From Dehalococcoidia bacterium (GTDB lineage: Bacteria > Chloroflexota > Dehalococcoidia > Lucifugimonadales > UBA1123): a stretch of 64,000 nucleotides of DNA. Positions 49,918-60,743 of this stretch are shown in pieces. Every line of letters starts with the position of its first letter. Position 1 is the first letter of the stretch. Both the position numbers and the translations under genes were made by a program. The DNA lies in the NCBI GenBank assembly GCA_963665255.1, contig OY762210.1, positions 2,280,293-2,344,292 on the forward strand. Reading direction: 5' to 3'. The notes below the pieces were generated by a model. The model did no database searches. It had not been told where the DNA came from and was given only the letters and a program-made list of their open reading frames with translations.

Positions 49918-52593
49918 CTATCCAGCCAGGCGATCAAGGATCTCAACAAGGCGTTCGATTCGCGCCTCGGTGCTGACCAGCCTGTCGCGTTCTCTATCGA
50001 CGACTTCTTCGGGGGCGCGATTGACGAAGTTCTCGTTCTGCAGGTTCTTGGACACCCTGACCTGGTACTTGCGGAGGTCCGCGAGTTCGCTCTTGAGGCG
50101 TTCCGTCTCTTCATCGAGGTCCACCAGGCCTTCCAATGAGACAGCCAGAGTGCCTGCGTTGAGCACCTGCACGGCCTGGTCCGCAGAGCCCTGCCCTGAA
50201 GTCTCTGAAGGAGTAACTTCGAGTGCGATCCTGGCCTGGGACTCGATGAATCCCATGGCGTCCTGGAACACCGAAGAAGTCCCGTTGGCGACTGCGAGCT
50301 GCGCCGTTAGCTGCTGGTTGTTCTCTATACGGAACTCTGCCCTGAGATTGCGGGCTGCGCGGACAATCTCGACGACAGACCCGACTTCACCCTCGGCTTC
50401 TGCGTCATACCGTGACGGATCAGCCTGTGGGTACGGAGCGAGCATGGCCGCTTCGGGCGGGTCTTCCACCTCTGGTAGAACTGCTGTCAGCCTGCTCCAG
50501 ATCTCCTCGGTAGCAAACGGTAGGAACGGGTGCAGCAGCCTGAGGGTACGCTCAAGCACGTGCGCCAAAACAGGCAACGGAGACGGTACATCTCCGGTCC
50601 TCAGCCTGATCTTGGACATCTCTATGTACCAGTCGCAATATTCGTTCCAGAGGAAGTCATGAACGACTCTCTGCGCCTCGCCGAACTGGTAGGCCTTCAT
50701 GTGTGAGTCGACCTGATCGGCTACGCGATTGAGCCTGCTGACGATCCAGCGGTCTTCTCGATGTTCGAGACTGCGAGGCTCCTGCCAATCTTCCAGACCC
50801 GTCGCGCCTTCCAGATTGGCGATCACGAACCGAGCGGCGTTCCACAACTTGTTCACGAAGTTTCGGCTGGCTTCCAGCCTCTGCTCGTTCATCCTCATGT
50901 CGTTGCCCGCGGAGGTTCCGGTGGTGAGGGCGAACCTGACGGCATCCGCCCCGTAGATGTCCACAAGCTCGAGAGGGTCGACCACGTTCCCCTTGGTCTT
51001 GCTCATCTTCACGCCTTCGGGGTCGCGAACTAGGCCGTGCAGATAGACCGTGTGGAAAGGCGATTCACCTGTGTTCTCAATTGCCATGAAGATCATCCTG
51101 GCAACCCAGAAGAACAGGATGTCGTGACCTGTCTCCATGACAGACGTCGGGTAGAAGTAGTCGAAGTCGTCAGTGTCGCCGGGCCATCCCAGCGTCGAAT
51201 GTGTCCACAGCCCTGAGCTGAACCAGGTGTCGAGCACATCAGGGTCGCGCTCCAGTTGGGTGCTGCCGCACTCAGGGCAACTTGTGGGGTCTTCCATCTC
51301 AACGATCTGGCACCCCTTCTCGCAGTACCACACAGGTATGCGGTGGCCCCACCAGAGCTGGCGGCTGATCGGCCAATCCCTGATGTTGTCCATCCAGTTG
51401 AGATACACCTTTGTGAAGCGCTCGGGAACGATGCTGATTTCGCCGTCCACGACTGCGGCGCGAGCCGGCTCGGCAAGAGGTCCCATCCTGACGTACCACT
51501 GGTCTGTGACAATCGGCTCTACGACCTCGTCGCAGCGGTCGCAGTGACCCACGGCATGGTTGAAGTCTTCTATTCCCTCGAGTATGCCCTCTTCTTCCAG
51601 TCGTGCAAGAACCCCGGTGCGCGCCTCGTCAACAGTAAGTCCCGCGAACTCACCTGCATTCTCATTGAGCGTGCCGTCCAGGTTCAGGATGTTTACGGTA
51701 TCGATGCCGTGCCGCTCGCCAATTTCGTAGTCCGTCGGATCGTGGCCCGGCGTAACCTTGAGCGCCCCAGTACCAAATCCCAGTTCCACCGCTTCGTCAG
51801 CAATGACTGGGATCGAACGTCCCATAATGGGCAGCTTCACGCTCTTACCGATGAATTGGGAATATCGTTCGTCATCAGGATTGACGGCTACAGCCGTGTC
51901 CCCAAGCATCGTCTCAGGCCTGGTGGTCGCAATCGTCAGATGACCGGAGCCGTCCTCCAGCGGGTAGCGGATGTGGTACAGCCCCGATTTCTCATCCTGG
52001 TGCTTGACCTCAAGGTCGGACAGTGCAGTACGGCACCTCGGGCACCAGTTCGTGATGCGGGTGCCCTTGTATATGAGGCCCTTCTTGTACAGGTTCACGA
52101 ACGTTGTCCTGACGGCCAGCGCGGGGCCAGCATCCAGTGTGAACGCCTTACGACTCCAGTCACAGGATGCCCCGAGTCTTTCAGTCTGGCGATAGATTCG
52201 GTCACCGTAGTCGTCAACCCAGGACCACACTCGCTCGATGAACCCGTCCCGTCCCAGGTCGTGCCTGCTAAGACCGTCGGATGCAAGCTGACGTTCCACG
52301 ACGACCTGTGTTGCTATGCCTGCATGGTCGGAACCTGGAAGGTAGAGAGCAGGCTCGCCAAGCATCCTGTGCCACCTGACCATCAGGTCTTCGACGGCAA
52401 TGGTCAGAGCGTGCCCCATGTGAAGCTCGCCGGTGACGTTTGGCGGTGGCATGATTACGACGAAGGGCTTCTTCGAGTGGTCGATCTCCGGCCTGAAGAA
52501 CCCGCTCTCGTTCCAGAACTTGTAGATCGGACCTTCAACGGAACCCGGATCGTAAGCCCTCGGCATCTCGCCTGTGGAAGCCGCCCTCGCCAT
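49918..52593 (-). CDS. valS: Valine--tRNA ligase
   Basis: PPPNVTGELHMGH, DHAGIATQ, ISRQLWWGHRIP, DTWFSS, KMSKT; AGGAGGAG RBS before ATG at 52593. Confidence 0.97.
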   Translation of the reverse strand: MARAASTGEMPRAYDPGSVEGPIYKFWNESGFFRPEIDHSKKPFVVIMPPPNVTGELHMGHALTIAVEDLMVRWHRMLGEPALYLPGSDHAGIATQVVVERQLASDGLSRHDLGRDGFIERVWSWVDDYGDRIYRQTERLGASCDWSRKAFTLDAGPALAVRTTFVNLYKKGLIYKGTRITNWCPRCRTALSDLEVKHQDEKSGLYHIRYPLEDGSGHLTIATTRPETMLGDTAVAVNPDDERYSQFIGKSVKLPIMGRSIPVIADEAVELGFGTGALKVTPGHDPTDYEIGERHGIDTVNILNLDGTLNENAGEFAGLTVDEARTGVLARLEEEGILEGIEDFNHAVGHCDRCDEVVEPIVTDQWYVRMGPLAEPARAAVVDGEISIVPERFTKVYLNWMDNIRDWPISRQLWWGHRIPVWYCEKGCQIVEMEDPTSCPECGSTQLERDPDVLDTWFSSGLWTHSTLGWPGDTDDFDYFYPTSVMETGHDILFFWVARMIFMAIENTGESPFHTVYLHGLVRDPEGVKMSKTKGNVVDPLELVDIYGADAVRFALTTGTSAGNDMRMNEQRLEASRNFVNKLWNAARFVIANLEGATGLEDWQEPRSLEHREDRWIVSRLNRVADQVDSHMKAYQFGEAQRVVHDFLWNEYCDWYIEMSKIRLRTGDVPSPLPVLAHVLERTLRLLHPFLPFATEEIWSRLTAVLPEVEDPPEAAMLAPYPQADPSRYDAEAEGEVGSVVEIVRAARNLRAEFRIENNQQLTAQLAVANGTSSVFQDAMGFIESQARIALEVTPSETSGQGSADQAVQVLNAGTLAVSLEGLVDLDEETERLKSELADLRKYQVRVSKNLQNENFVNRAPEEVVDRERDRLVSTEARIERLVEILDRLAG

Positions 52594-52694
52594 ACCACTC
52601 CTCCTGCTTTCAAATAGATGGTTCATTCTAGGTTCGGCCAAAATTCGGCGTCAAACGACAACCGTACCTTGGGACCTCACACTCAGGGCATGGG

Positions 52695-53783
52695 TTAAAC
52701 GCGCCCCGCGAGCACCGTCCCCATTCGCTCTGTGCTGACAACGTCGCCGCCGTCGGACGCGATGTCCGCGGTGCGGTAACCCTCCGCGAGTACACCTTCG
52801 ACAGCAGACTCCACTGCGCTCGCCTCTTCAACCAGTCCGAATGAGAGCCTGAGCATCATCGCCATGCTTAGCACCATGCCGATAGGGTTTGCGATTCCCT
52901 GCCCCGCTATGTCCGGGGCAGACCCGTGGATGGGCTCGTAGAGGCTTACAGAGCCGGTTGAAGACCCCGGCATCCCCGCCAGCGAAGCCGATGGCTGCAT
53001 CCCCATCGAACCAGACAGAACTGCTGCCTCGTCCGTCAGAATGTCGCCGAACATGTTCTCAGCGACTATTACGTCGTAGTGCGCAGGATTGCGGATGAGA
53101 GCCATCGCAGCCGCATCCACCAGCACATGCTCCAACTCGACGTCGGGATAGTCCTCATGGACTTCCTCAGTGACCTGGCGCCAGAGACGTGACGACTCTA
53201 ACACGTTGGCCTTATCGACGCTTGTAAGTTGGCTCCTACGGGATCTGGCCAGTTCGAAAGCGACTCTCACGATGCGCTCGATCTCGTGCTCCGTGTATCG
53301 AAGCGTGTCCACGCCCCTTCTTCCTGTCTTGGTCGTCCAGCGGCGCTTGGGCTTTGCGAAGTACAGGCCGCCTGTCAGTTCGCGAAGAACGATCATATCG
53401 ACGCCCTCAAGCAGCGACGGCTTGATGGGGCTGGAGTTGATCAGCGCGGGATATACCTTCACCGGGCGAAGGTTGGCGAACAGGCCCAGGCTTTTCCTGA
53501 TGGCGAGAATCCCATCTTCGGGCCTAACCGTGTTCTGCGGATCGTCCCACTTCGGACCGCCGACGGCGCCGAAAAGGATCGCGTCAGATCTCTTGCACAG
53601 TTCCACCGTATCATCTGGGAGAGGGGTGCCGAAGTCGTCGATCGCATTCCCTCCGACTCGTCCCTGCTCCGTGTTGAACGTGTGACCGAAGCGTCGGCCC
53701 ACTGCGTCCATCACTTTCGCGGCCTCGGCTGTTACTTCAGGTCCGATGCCATCTCCAGGCAGGACTGCAACGTTAAACTCCAT
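52695..53783 (-). CDS. leuB: 3-isopropylmalate dehydrogenase
   Basis: [51 protein letters not shown]. Confidence 0.96.
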   Translation of the reverse strand: MEFNVAVLPGDGIGPEVTAEAAKVMDAVGRRFGHTFNTEQGRVGGNAIDDFGTPLPDDTVELCKRSDAILFGAVGGPKWDDPQNTVRPEDGILAIRKSLGLFANLRPVKVYPALINSSPIKPSLLEGVDMIVLRELTGGLYFAKPKRRWTTKTGRRGVDTLRYTEHEIERIVRVAFELARSRRSQLTSVDKANVLESSRLWRQVTEEVHEDYPDVELEHVLVDAAAMALIRNPAHYDVIVAENMFGDILTDEAAVLSGSMGMQPSASLAGMPGSSTGSVSLYEPIHGSAPDIAGQGIANPIGMVLSMAMMLRLSFGLVEEASAVESAVEGVLAEGYRTADIASDGGDVVSTERMGTVLAGRV

Positions 53784-53920
53784 AATCCTCTCCCGATTGA
53801 AGATCGTGCGCTATGGTTGGTAACCGGTCCGGGTTCGCAAAACGAAACGCGAATGGCATTCATTGTGAACGCGGCTTGGCGCGGGTATTATAGGCGAAAT
53901 CTCTCAGGAGGCGGAATCCG

Positions 53921-55096
53921 ATGGCAGTTACGGCCAGCGCTGTGGTCATAGGCGGCGGTGTCATGGGAGCCAGCATACTGTTCAACCTCGCGAATCGAGG
54001 CGTGGATAGTCCAATCCTTCTGGAGCGCGACACGCTCGGGTCAGGCTCCACGGGACGTTCCTCCGGCGCCATTCGTATGCACTACTCGACCGAGGTCAAC
54101 GCACGACTCGCATGGGAGAGCCTTCACGTCTTCCAGAACTGGAGTGACGAGGTCGGCGGTGACGGCGATCCCGGCTTCGTAAGGACCGGATACATGGTCA
54201 TCGCACCGGAACGCGAGGTCGAGGGCTTTCACCACAACATAGAGATGCAGCAGCAGGTGGGAATCGACACGAGAATTGTAAGTTGGCAGGAGGCCAAGGA
54301 ACTCGCCCCGGACTTCCACCTCGGAGAGGACGAACACTTCGCATGGGAGGACCAGTCCGGGCACGGAGACCCCTCCGGAACTGCGCTGGCCTTCACCATG
54401 CGTGCTAGAGACCTGGGGGCGAGGGTCGTTCTGGAGTCCCCCGCAACGTCCATCGAAGTCGAAAACGGACGCGTGGTGGGAGTTCGAACGGGGGAAGAGC
54501 TATACTCGACCGACACCGCCGTCATCGCCACGGGGCCGTGGTCTTCGAGATTCCTGGGGCACCTTGACATCGACCTCCCACTCCTCGCAACGAGGCACGA
54601 GGTCATCTTAATCAGGCGGTCGGAGACTGGTGTCGGCCAGCATCCGGGCGGCGGGGACATGGCCAACCTGATCTACTTCAGGCCAGAGGCTGACAACCTG
54701 ACCCTTGTCGGCAATGGGAACCGGGAAGAAGAGGCGGACCCGGACACCTACAACCAGCGCGCTAGTACAGACTACGTCCAGGATGTATGGAGTCGTCTGG
54801 CCATGCGCATCCCCGGCATTGCCGACGGCCAGCTCGCTCATGGCTACGCCGGCCTCTACACTACTACCCCTGATCTGCACCCAGTCATGGACCGCGTCGA
54901 CGGCATCAAGGGCCTGTACATCTGCACCGGATTCAGCGGCCACGGATTCAAGCTCGCACCCGCGGTTGGCGTGTGCATGGCGGAGCTAATGCTTGAAGGC
55001 GATTCGAAGCTGGTAGACATCTCGACGCTGAGAATGGGCCGATTCTCGGACGGCTCCCTCAACACCACCCAGTACGACTTCAAGGTGATTGCATAA
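53921..55096 (+). CDS. FAD-dependent amine oxidoreductase (sarcosine oxidase beta/DAO family)
   Basis: VIGGGVMG, GSTGRSSG.IR.HY, TPD.HP, GFSGHGFKLAPAVG. Confidence 0.88.
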   Translation: MAVTASAVVIGGGVMGASILFNLANRGVDSPILLERDTLGSGSTGRSSGAIRMHYSTEVNARLAWESLHVFQNWSDEVGGDGDPGFVRTGYMVIAPEREVEGFHHNIEMQQQVGIDTRIVSWQEAKELAPDFHLGEDEHFAWEDQSGHGDPSGTALAFTMRARDLGARVVLESPATSIEVENGRVVGVRTGEELYSTDTAVIATGPWSSRFLGHLDIDLPLLATRHEVILIRRSETGVGQHPGGGDMANLIYFRPEADNLTLVGNGNREEEADPDTYNQRASTDYVQDVWSRLAMRIPGIADGQLAHGYAGLYTTTPDLHPVMDRVDGIKGLYICTGFSGHGFKLAPAVGVCMAELMLEGDSKLVDISTLRMGRFSDGSLNTTQYDFKVIA

Positions 55097-55098
55097 GA

Positions 55099-55133
55099 GA
55101 AAACGAGCCGCCTGCCCCAGGGCAAGCGGCTCG
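55099..55133 (-). terminator. Intrinsic terminator after leuS (possibly bidirectional)
   Basis: CGAGCCGC...GCGGCTCG stem extended by TGCC/GGCA, with a T-run on the minus strand. Confidence 0.65.
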
Positions 55134-55161
55134 CGACAGTTTCTGTCTGTCCGGTTTCAGG

Positions 55162-57636
55162 CTAGTTGGCTACGATATTCACCAGGCGACCTGGTACGTA
55201 GATCACGCGGCGGACCTCCTTGCCCTCAGTGTGAGTCTTGGCTCTATCGGACTCCAACGCCCTTGCCTTGGCGTCTTCTTCAGAGATGTTCGCAGGCACA
55301 TCGATCCGGTCGCGCAGACGACCGTTGACCTGCACGACTAGCGTGATCGTCTCGTCGGCAGCAAGGTCTGGGTCCCACTCAGGCCAGGGCTGCTGGTGGA
55401 CGCTGAACGACTCGCCTATCTGGTCCCACATCTCCTCAGCAAGGAATGGCGTCACCGGTGACATCAATAGAGCCAGGTTCCTGACGGCATCGGTCCACGC
55501 TTCGGAGTCGACCACACCCGCGTCCCACACTTGACCAAGGGAGTTGGAAAACTCCATCATGGCCGCTATGGCGGTGTTGAACTTGAACCGCTCCACGTCC
55601 TCCGTGACCTTCTTAATTGTCTGGTGCTGAAGGCGCTGAAGGCTCTTTACCGCATCGGGATGCGTGTCCGACTGGTCAAGCAGGCTGGCGTCGCGGATAG
55701 TGAGGTCCCAGACCCGGTTGGTCCAGCGAGCCATCCCGTTTATGCCATCGTCATTCCACTCGCCTCCAGCCTCCCACGGGCCCATGAACATCATGTACGT
55801 ACGCACGACGTCGCTGCCCACGTCGGATACGTATGCATCCGGGGCGATCACGTTCCCCCTGGACTTGCTCATCTTCTGGTGGTTGAAGACGATGGTGCCT
55901 TGGTTCACCAGCCGCACGAAGGGCTCATCAAAGTTCAAATAGCCCAGATCACGCAGCGCCTTTACGAAGAAGCGCGCGTACAACAGATGCATGACAGCAT
56001 GCTCGACGCCACCAGTGTACTGGTCTACGGCGCCCCACTGTCCCAGAGCATCGGGGTCGAACGGGCCGTCCTCGAAGTGAGGGCTCGCATAGCGCAGGAA
56101 GTACCACGACGAGTCTACGAACGTGTCCATCGTATCGGTCTCCCGCTTGGCCGGGCTGCCGCAGTCAGGACAGGTCGTGTTTACGAAGCCCTCGTGAAGA
56201 GCCAACGGAGAGTCGCCTGTGGGCAGGAACTCAGCGTCCTCTGGAAGCAGCACGGGCAGATCCGAATCGGGCACCGGGGTTTCCCCACACTTCTCGCAGA
56301 ATACGATCGGAATAGGAGTCCCCCAGTAACGCTGTCGGCTGATCAGCCAGTCACGCATCCTGTAGTTGACTGACCTCTCTCCCCAACCGTTAGCCTCTAC
56401 GAAATCGGCGATCCGTTCCAGACCCTCAGCGTTGGGCATGCCATCGAACTGGCCCGAATTGACCTGCGTTCCCGGCTCAATATAGGCCTCTTCAAGGTCG
56501 GACCCATCCCAGTCCGGAGGGGCGATTACAGTACGAATTGGCAGGTTGTACTTCTGGGCGAACACGAAGTCACGCTCGTCGTGCGCCGGAACGCCCATCA
56601 CCATCCCGGTGCCATAGCTCAACAGGACGTAGTCCGCCACCAGGATTGGTACTCGCTCGTCGTTCAGCTTGTTGACTGCAAACGAGCCGGTGAATACGCC
56701 TGTCTTTTCTTTTTCGGTTGAAAGGCGCTCAATCTCAGTTTGGAGCCGCGCCTCTTCGACGTATGCCTGGACTTCTTCCCGATGCTCGCTGGTTGTCAAC
56801 TTGGAGACGAGCGGATGCTCCGGGGCCAGCACGATGAACGTGACCCCGTACACGGTGTCGATTCGCGTCGTGAACGTGCGAATCGCCTTCTCTTCCAGTC
56901 CGTACTCTGAGATGTCGAAGTCTACTTCAACACCCTCAGACCGCCCGATCCAGTTCGTCTGCATTGCGTTGATGCGGTCAGGCCAGTCCATCTTGGAATG
57001 ATCGAGCAGTTCGTCCGCATAGTCGGTGATCTTGAAGAACCACTGCTCCATGTCCCTGTGGACCACTGACGTGTCGCACCTCTCGCACAGGCCATTAACG
57101 ACCTGCTCGTTGGCCAGCACGGTCTGACAGGACGGGCACCAGTTGACAGGTGCGTCAGATCTGTAGGCGAGCCCGTTCTTGTAGAGCTGCAGGAAGAACC
57201 ACTGGTTCCACCTGTAGTAGTCCGGCGTGCACGTAACCACTTCGCGGTCCCAATCGTACATCGGCCCCATCGATCGTAGCTGACGACGCATGTTTTCGAT
57301 GTTGGACATGGTCCACTTATGCGGATGGATGCCGTTCTTGATAGCCGCGTTCTCGGCGTTCAATCCGAAGGCGTCGAAGCCCATCGGATGCAGAACGTTG
57401 TAGCCTTTCATTCGCATGAAGCGGGCATGGACATCTGCGCCAGTCATCGCGAACCAGTGACCGACATGGAGGTCCCCAGAGGGATACGGATACATGTGGA
57501 GCTCGTACCACTTGGGACGCGGATCGTCGTCCTCAACGGTGTAGATCCCGCCTTCCTCCCAGCGGTCGCTCCACCTCGTCTGCATGTCATGATGGTCGTA
57601 TGACATACGGGAACTATGCGATGCAGTAGTTGCCAT
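55162..57636 (-). CDS. leuS: Leucine--tRNA ligase
   Basis: PYPSGDLHVGH, GFDAFGL.AEN, WIGRSEG, DWLISRQRYWG, HLLYARF, KMSKS; ATG at 57636. Confidence 0.97.
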   Translation of the reverse strand: MATTASHSSRMSYDHHDMQTRWSDRWEEGGIYTVEDDDPRPKWYELHMYPYPSGDLHVGHWFAMTGADVHARFMRMKGYNVLHPMGFDAFGLNAENAAIKNGIHPHKWTMSNIENMRRQLRSMGPMYDWDREVVTCTPDYYRWNQWFFLQLYKNGLAYRSDAPVNWCPSCQTVLANEQVVNGLCERCDTSVVHRDMEQWFFKITDYADELLDHSKMDWPDRINAMQTNWIGRSEGVEVDFDISEYGLEEKAIRTFTTRIDTVYGVTFIVLAPEHPLVSKLTTSEHREEVQAYVEEARLQTEIERLSTEKEKTGVFTGSFAVNKLNDERVPILVADYVLLSYGTGMVMGVPAHDERDFVFAQKYNLPIRTVIAPPDWDGSDLEEAYIEPGTQVNSGQFDGMPNAEGLERIADFVEANGWGERSVNYRMRDWLISRQRYWGTPIPIVFCEKCGETPVPDSDLPVLLPEDAEFLPTGDSPLALHEGFVNTTCPDCGSPAKRETDTMDTFVDSSWYFLRYASPHFEDGPFDPDALGQWGAVDQYTGGVEHAVMHLLYARFFVKALRDLGYLNFDEPFVRLVNQGTIVFNHQKMSKSRGNVIAPDAYVSDVGSDVVRTYMMFMGPWEAGGEWNDDGINGMARWTNRVWDLTIRDASLLDQSDTHPDAVKSLQRLQHQTIKKVTEDVERFKFNTAIAAMMEFSNSLGQVWDAGVVDSEAWTDAVRNLALLMSPVTPFLAEEMWDQIGESFSVHQQPWPEWDPDLAADETITLVVQVNGRLRDRIDVPANISEEDAKARALESDRAKTHTEGKEVRRVIYVPGRLVNIVAN

Positions 57637-57705
57637 CTGATAACTCTCTCCAACCGTTGGCAGCCTAACGGCTGACCACTTAGCTACCCGGCTCCCAACT
57701 CTCCA

Positions 57706-57950
57706 ACAAAAAAACCCGTCCCCTGCTAGGGACGGGCCGTCGATTCGATACCCGCGGTACCACCCTGATTTCCGTCGCTTACGCAAACGGACGCTCATTG
57801 AGCTGTAACGGTGCTAACCGTCCGGCCTTACTGGTTACTTTCGGGCCGGAAGCTCGAGGGCGAGTTCAAGTCGGTCACTGCGCCGGGCTCTCACCTCTCC
57901 CCGGCTCTCTTGGGCCGATACCGACCTCTAATACTCCCTTTCGTAGCCTG
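57706..57950 (-). ncRNA. T-box riboswitch (Leu specifier CUC) with terminator, upstream of leuS
   Basis: Minus strand: GGAGTA, AGAGA, GGTGAGA, GAA-CTC specifier (57862-57867), T-box AGGGTGGTACCGCG (57753-57766), terminator CCCGTCCC...GGGACGGG-T7. Confidence 0.93.
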
Positions 57951-58015
57951 TGTCTATCTCGAAAACGCTAGCACAGCGTCAAAAGTAGAGTCAAGAAAAG
58001 TTGTCGGAATTCGTA

Positions 58016-58043
58016 TTGCCAATTCCCAAACTTCGGTTAGAAT
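58016..58043 (+). promoter_or_regulatory. Sigma70-like promoter for the DMG oxidase-like gene
   Basis: TTGCCA-N16-TAGAAT. Confidence 0.45.
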
Positions 58044-58146
58044 GCAAACACTAAGACAGACTTACATTCGCACCGACTTTCTGGCACTAGTCCACCATAG
58101 CAAACCAACACCGGTTTCGACTTAGTACATGCGAAGGACGCTTGAG

Positions 58147-60615
58147 ATGGCTGACATCAAGCTGCCAGAGAGGGCCAGAGCCGTAATCGTCGGCGCAGGC
58201 ATAGCCGGATGCAGCGTCGCCTACCACCTGGCAAAGCTGGGTTGGCGTGATGTAGTACTCGTCGATCAGGGTCCCCTATTCGAAACCGGGGGTTCCACGT
58301 CTCATGCCCCGGGTCTGGTCTTCCAGCTCAACGCGTCTAAGACCATGACCAACTTCGCGAGCTACACGGTCGATCTCTGGAAGCGGCTGGAACTGGAAGG
58401 CGTGCCCTGCGCAAATCCGGTGGGAAGCCTTGAGGTCGCCTGGAGTGACGAGAGATTCACCGACCTGAAGCGCAAGGCCGGGTACGGCATGAGTTGGGGG
58501 GTCGAGGCCCACCTGATCAGTCCCAGCGAGGCCCGCGCCATGATTCCGATGCTCTCGGACCGCATAAAAGGCGCGCTGTACGTTCCATCAGACGTCCATA
58601 CCAGAGCCACAAGGCCTGCAGAGGCGATGGCGAGGTATGCGGAGCAGAATGGCACCTCTCTCTTCGGCCATGTCGAAGTGACTGGCTTCAGCATCGAGAA
58701 CGGCCGTGTCTGCGCTGTGCAGACAACACAGGGTGACATCGAGACTGACCTGGTGGTGGCTGCAGTAGGCATCTGGGCGCCGAAGCTCGGGGGATTGGCA
58801 GGTGTCTCCATACCGCTTTCCCCGATGGAGCACCTCTACGCTGTTACTACTCCCCTTCCAGGCCTGGCCGGAGCCCAGAAGGAGGTTGATCAGCCGCTTC
58901 TCCGGCATCAGGACGCGTCCATGTACTTCCGGCAGGAAGGCGAGAGCTACGGCATCGGCTCATACAATCATGAGCCACTCCTCGTTGAGGCCAGCGACAT
59001 TCTGCCCATTGATGAGGCTCCAATTGCCCCTGCTGAGACAGAATTCACACCTGAGCATTTCGAGAAGGCGATGACGGCTGCCGGCGAACTTCTCCCTGAC
59101 CTCGAGGGAGTCGGGCTAACGCGTAAGTTCAACGGCATGTTCTCATTCACACAGGACGGATTCCCCATCCTCGGCGAGTCTCCCAGTCTCAAGGGATTCT
59201 GGTCGGCACAGGCCGTTTGGATCACTCACGCTGGTGGCGTCGGGAGAGCGGTTGCCGAGTGGATCGTCAACGGCGAACCTACGACGGACCTTCGTGAGTG
59301 CGACATCAGACGGTTCCATCCTCACGCGTTCAGTCGCCCCTACGTCAAGACAAGGTCTGCCCAGCAATACCGCGAGGTGTACGACATCATTCACCCGCGT
59401 CAGCAGATCGAGAACCCCAGGAATGTGAGGGTGACGCCGTTCTACACTCGACAGAAGGAATTGGGCGCCGTCTTCTTCGAGAACTCAGGCTGGGAGCGGC
59501 CTCAGTGGTACGACGCCAATGAGGGTCTGCTGGACTCCCTGACCGTCGCAGGAGAGTCGAGATCAGGCTGGGAGGCACGAGAATGGTCTCCCACCGTGGC
59601 AGCAGAACACGTTGCAGCTCGCGAACGCGTCGCCCTGTTCGACCTGACTCCGTTCGCCAAGTTCGAAGTCGCCGGACCGGGTGCACTCAAGGGACTTCAA
59701 CGCCTTGCTGCCAATCAGATGAACAAGCCTGTCGGATCGATTACATACACGCCGATGCTCACTCCCTCCGGAGGCATGAAATGCGACCTCACGATAACCC
59801 GACTCGCTGAGGACCGATTCATGGTGGTTACGGGTGGAGGAATGGGACTCCATGACCTGCACTGGATCGAGTCCCACATGCCGGACGACGGCTCTGTCAG
59901 AATCACCGACACCTCGTCGGGATCCTGCTGCATTGGTCTGTGGGGTCCCCGAGCGCGGGACCTGCTGAGCCGGGTGTGCGACGACGACCTATCAAACGAT
60001 GGGTTCCCGTACATGACGGCAAAGCCTGTTACCATCGCCGAAGTGCCTGCGCTTGCGCTCCGCATTTCGTATGTCGGAGAACTCGGCTGGGAGATTTACA
60101 CCCCCAGCGAACATGGCCTGAGGCTCTGGGACGTACTGTGGGAGGCAGGCCAGCCTCTGGGCGTCATCGCCGCCGGTGGAGGAGCGTTCGACTCGCTAAG
60201 GCTTGAGAAGGGCTACCGGCTGTGGGGCAACGACATCCACACCGAGTACAACCCATACGAGGCAGGGACGGGGTTCGCAGTTAGGATGCGAAAGGGTAAC
60301 TTCATCGGAAGGGACGCCCTCAGAGAAGTCCGCTCGAACGGAGTGAAGCACAAGCTCTGCTGCATCACCCTGGACGACCCCAACGCAGTCGTCACGGGCA
60401 AGGAACCGATCGTCGACGGCGACGAAGTACTCGGCTACGTAACAAGCGCAAACTACGGGCACTCAATCGGTCGCGGCATCGTGTACGGCTACTTGCCAGT
60501 GGGCCATGCCGAAGTGGGTACAAGTGTAGACGTGGTCTACTTTGGTGAACGTATGCAGGCCACGGTAGCTCAGGAACCGTTGTTCGACCCGACAGGTTCC
60601 AAGATGAAGGTGTAG
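58147..60615 (+). CDS. Dimethylglycine oxidase/dehydrogenase-like flavoprotein with GcvT (THF-binding) domain
   Basis: IVGAGIAG, GGSTSHAPGLVFQ (flavinylation His), EHLY, LRHQD..MYFR, GWERP.W, ISYVGELGWEIY, LRLEKGYR.WG. Confidence 0.9.
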   Translation: MADIKLPERARAVIVGAGIAGCSVAYHLAKLGWRDVVLVDQGPLFETGGSTSHAPGLVFQLNASKTMTNFASYTVDLWKRLELEGVPCANPVGSLEVAWSDERFTDLKRKAGYGMSWGVEAHLISPSEARAMIPMLSDRIKGALYVPSDVHTRATRPAEAMARYAEQNGTSLFGHVEVTGFSIENGRVCAVQTTQGDIETDLVVAAVGIWAPKLGGLAGVSIPLSPMEHLYAVTTPLPGLAGAQKEVDQPLLRHQDASMYFRQEGESYGIGSYNHEPLLVEASDILPIDEAPIAPAETEFTPEHFEKAMTAAGELLPDLEGVGLTRKFNGMFSFTQDGFPILGESPSLKGFWSAQAVWITHAGGVGRAVAEWIVNGEPTTDLRECDIRRFHPHAFSRPYVKTRSAQQYREVYDIIHPRQQIENPRNVRVTPFYTRQKELGAVFFENSGWERPQWYDANEGLLDSLTVAGESRSGWEAREWSPTVAAEHVAARERVALFDLTPFAKFEVAGPGALKGLQRLAANQMNKPVGSITYTPMLTPSGGMKCDLTITRLAEDRFMVVTGGGMGLHDLHWIESHMPDDGSVRITDTSSGSCCIGLWGPRARDLLSRVCDDDLSNDGFPYMTAKPVTIAEVPALALRISYVGELGWEIYTPSEHGLRLWDVLWEAGQPLGVIAAGGGAFDSLRLEKGYRLWGNDIHTEYNPYEAGTGFAVRMRKGNFIGRDALREVRSNGVKHKLCCITLDDPNAVVTGKEPIVDGDEVLGYVTSANYGHSIGRGIVYGYLPVGHAEVGTSVDVVYFGERMQATVAQEPLFDPTGSKMKV

Positions 60616-60743
60616 TTCAAATCCGAGTTGTGTCGGGTATTTGCCCGAGCAGGACGGAATCGCTCCTATCAACCCATTCGTAGAGTCAGTTAGTAGAAGC
60701 GCGTACATTCCGCGCTCAGCAGTTGTGGCAGGAGGAGGTCTCG

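Noticed and set aside
51256-52617. 453-aa plus-strand ORF, and similar long ORFs at 25411-26412 and 55531-56373
   Set aside because: Antisense to valS, the CE7 esterase and leuS; expected in GC-rich coding DNA
57637-57798. N-terminal extension of LeuS
   Set aside because: Runs through the T-box antiterminator and terminator
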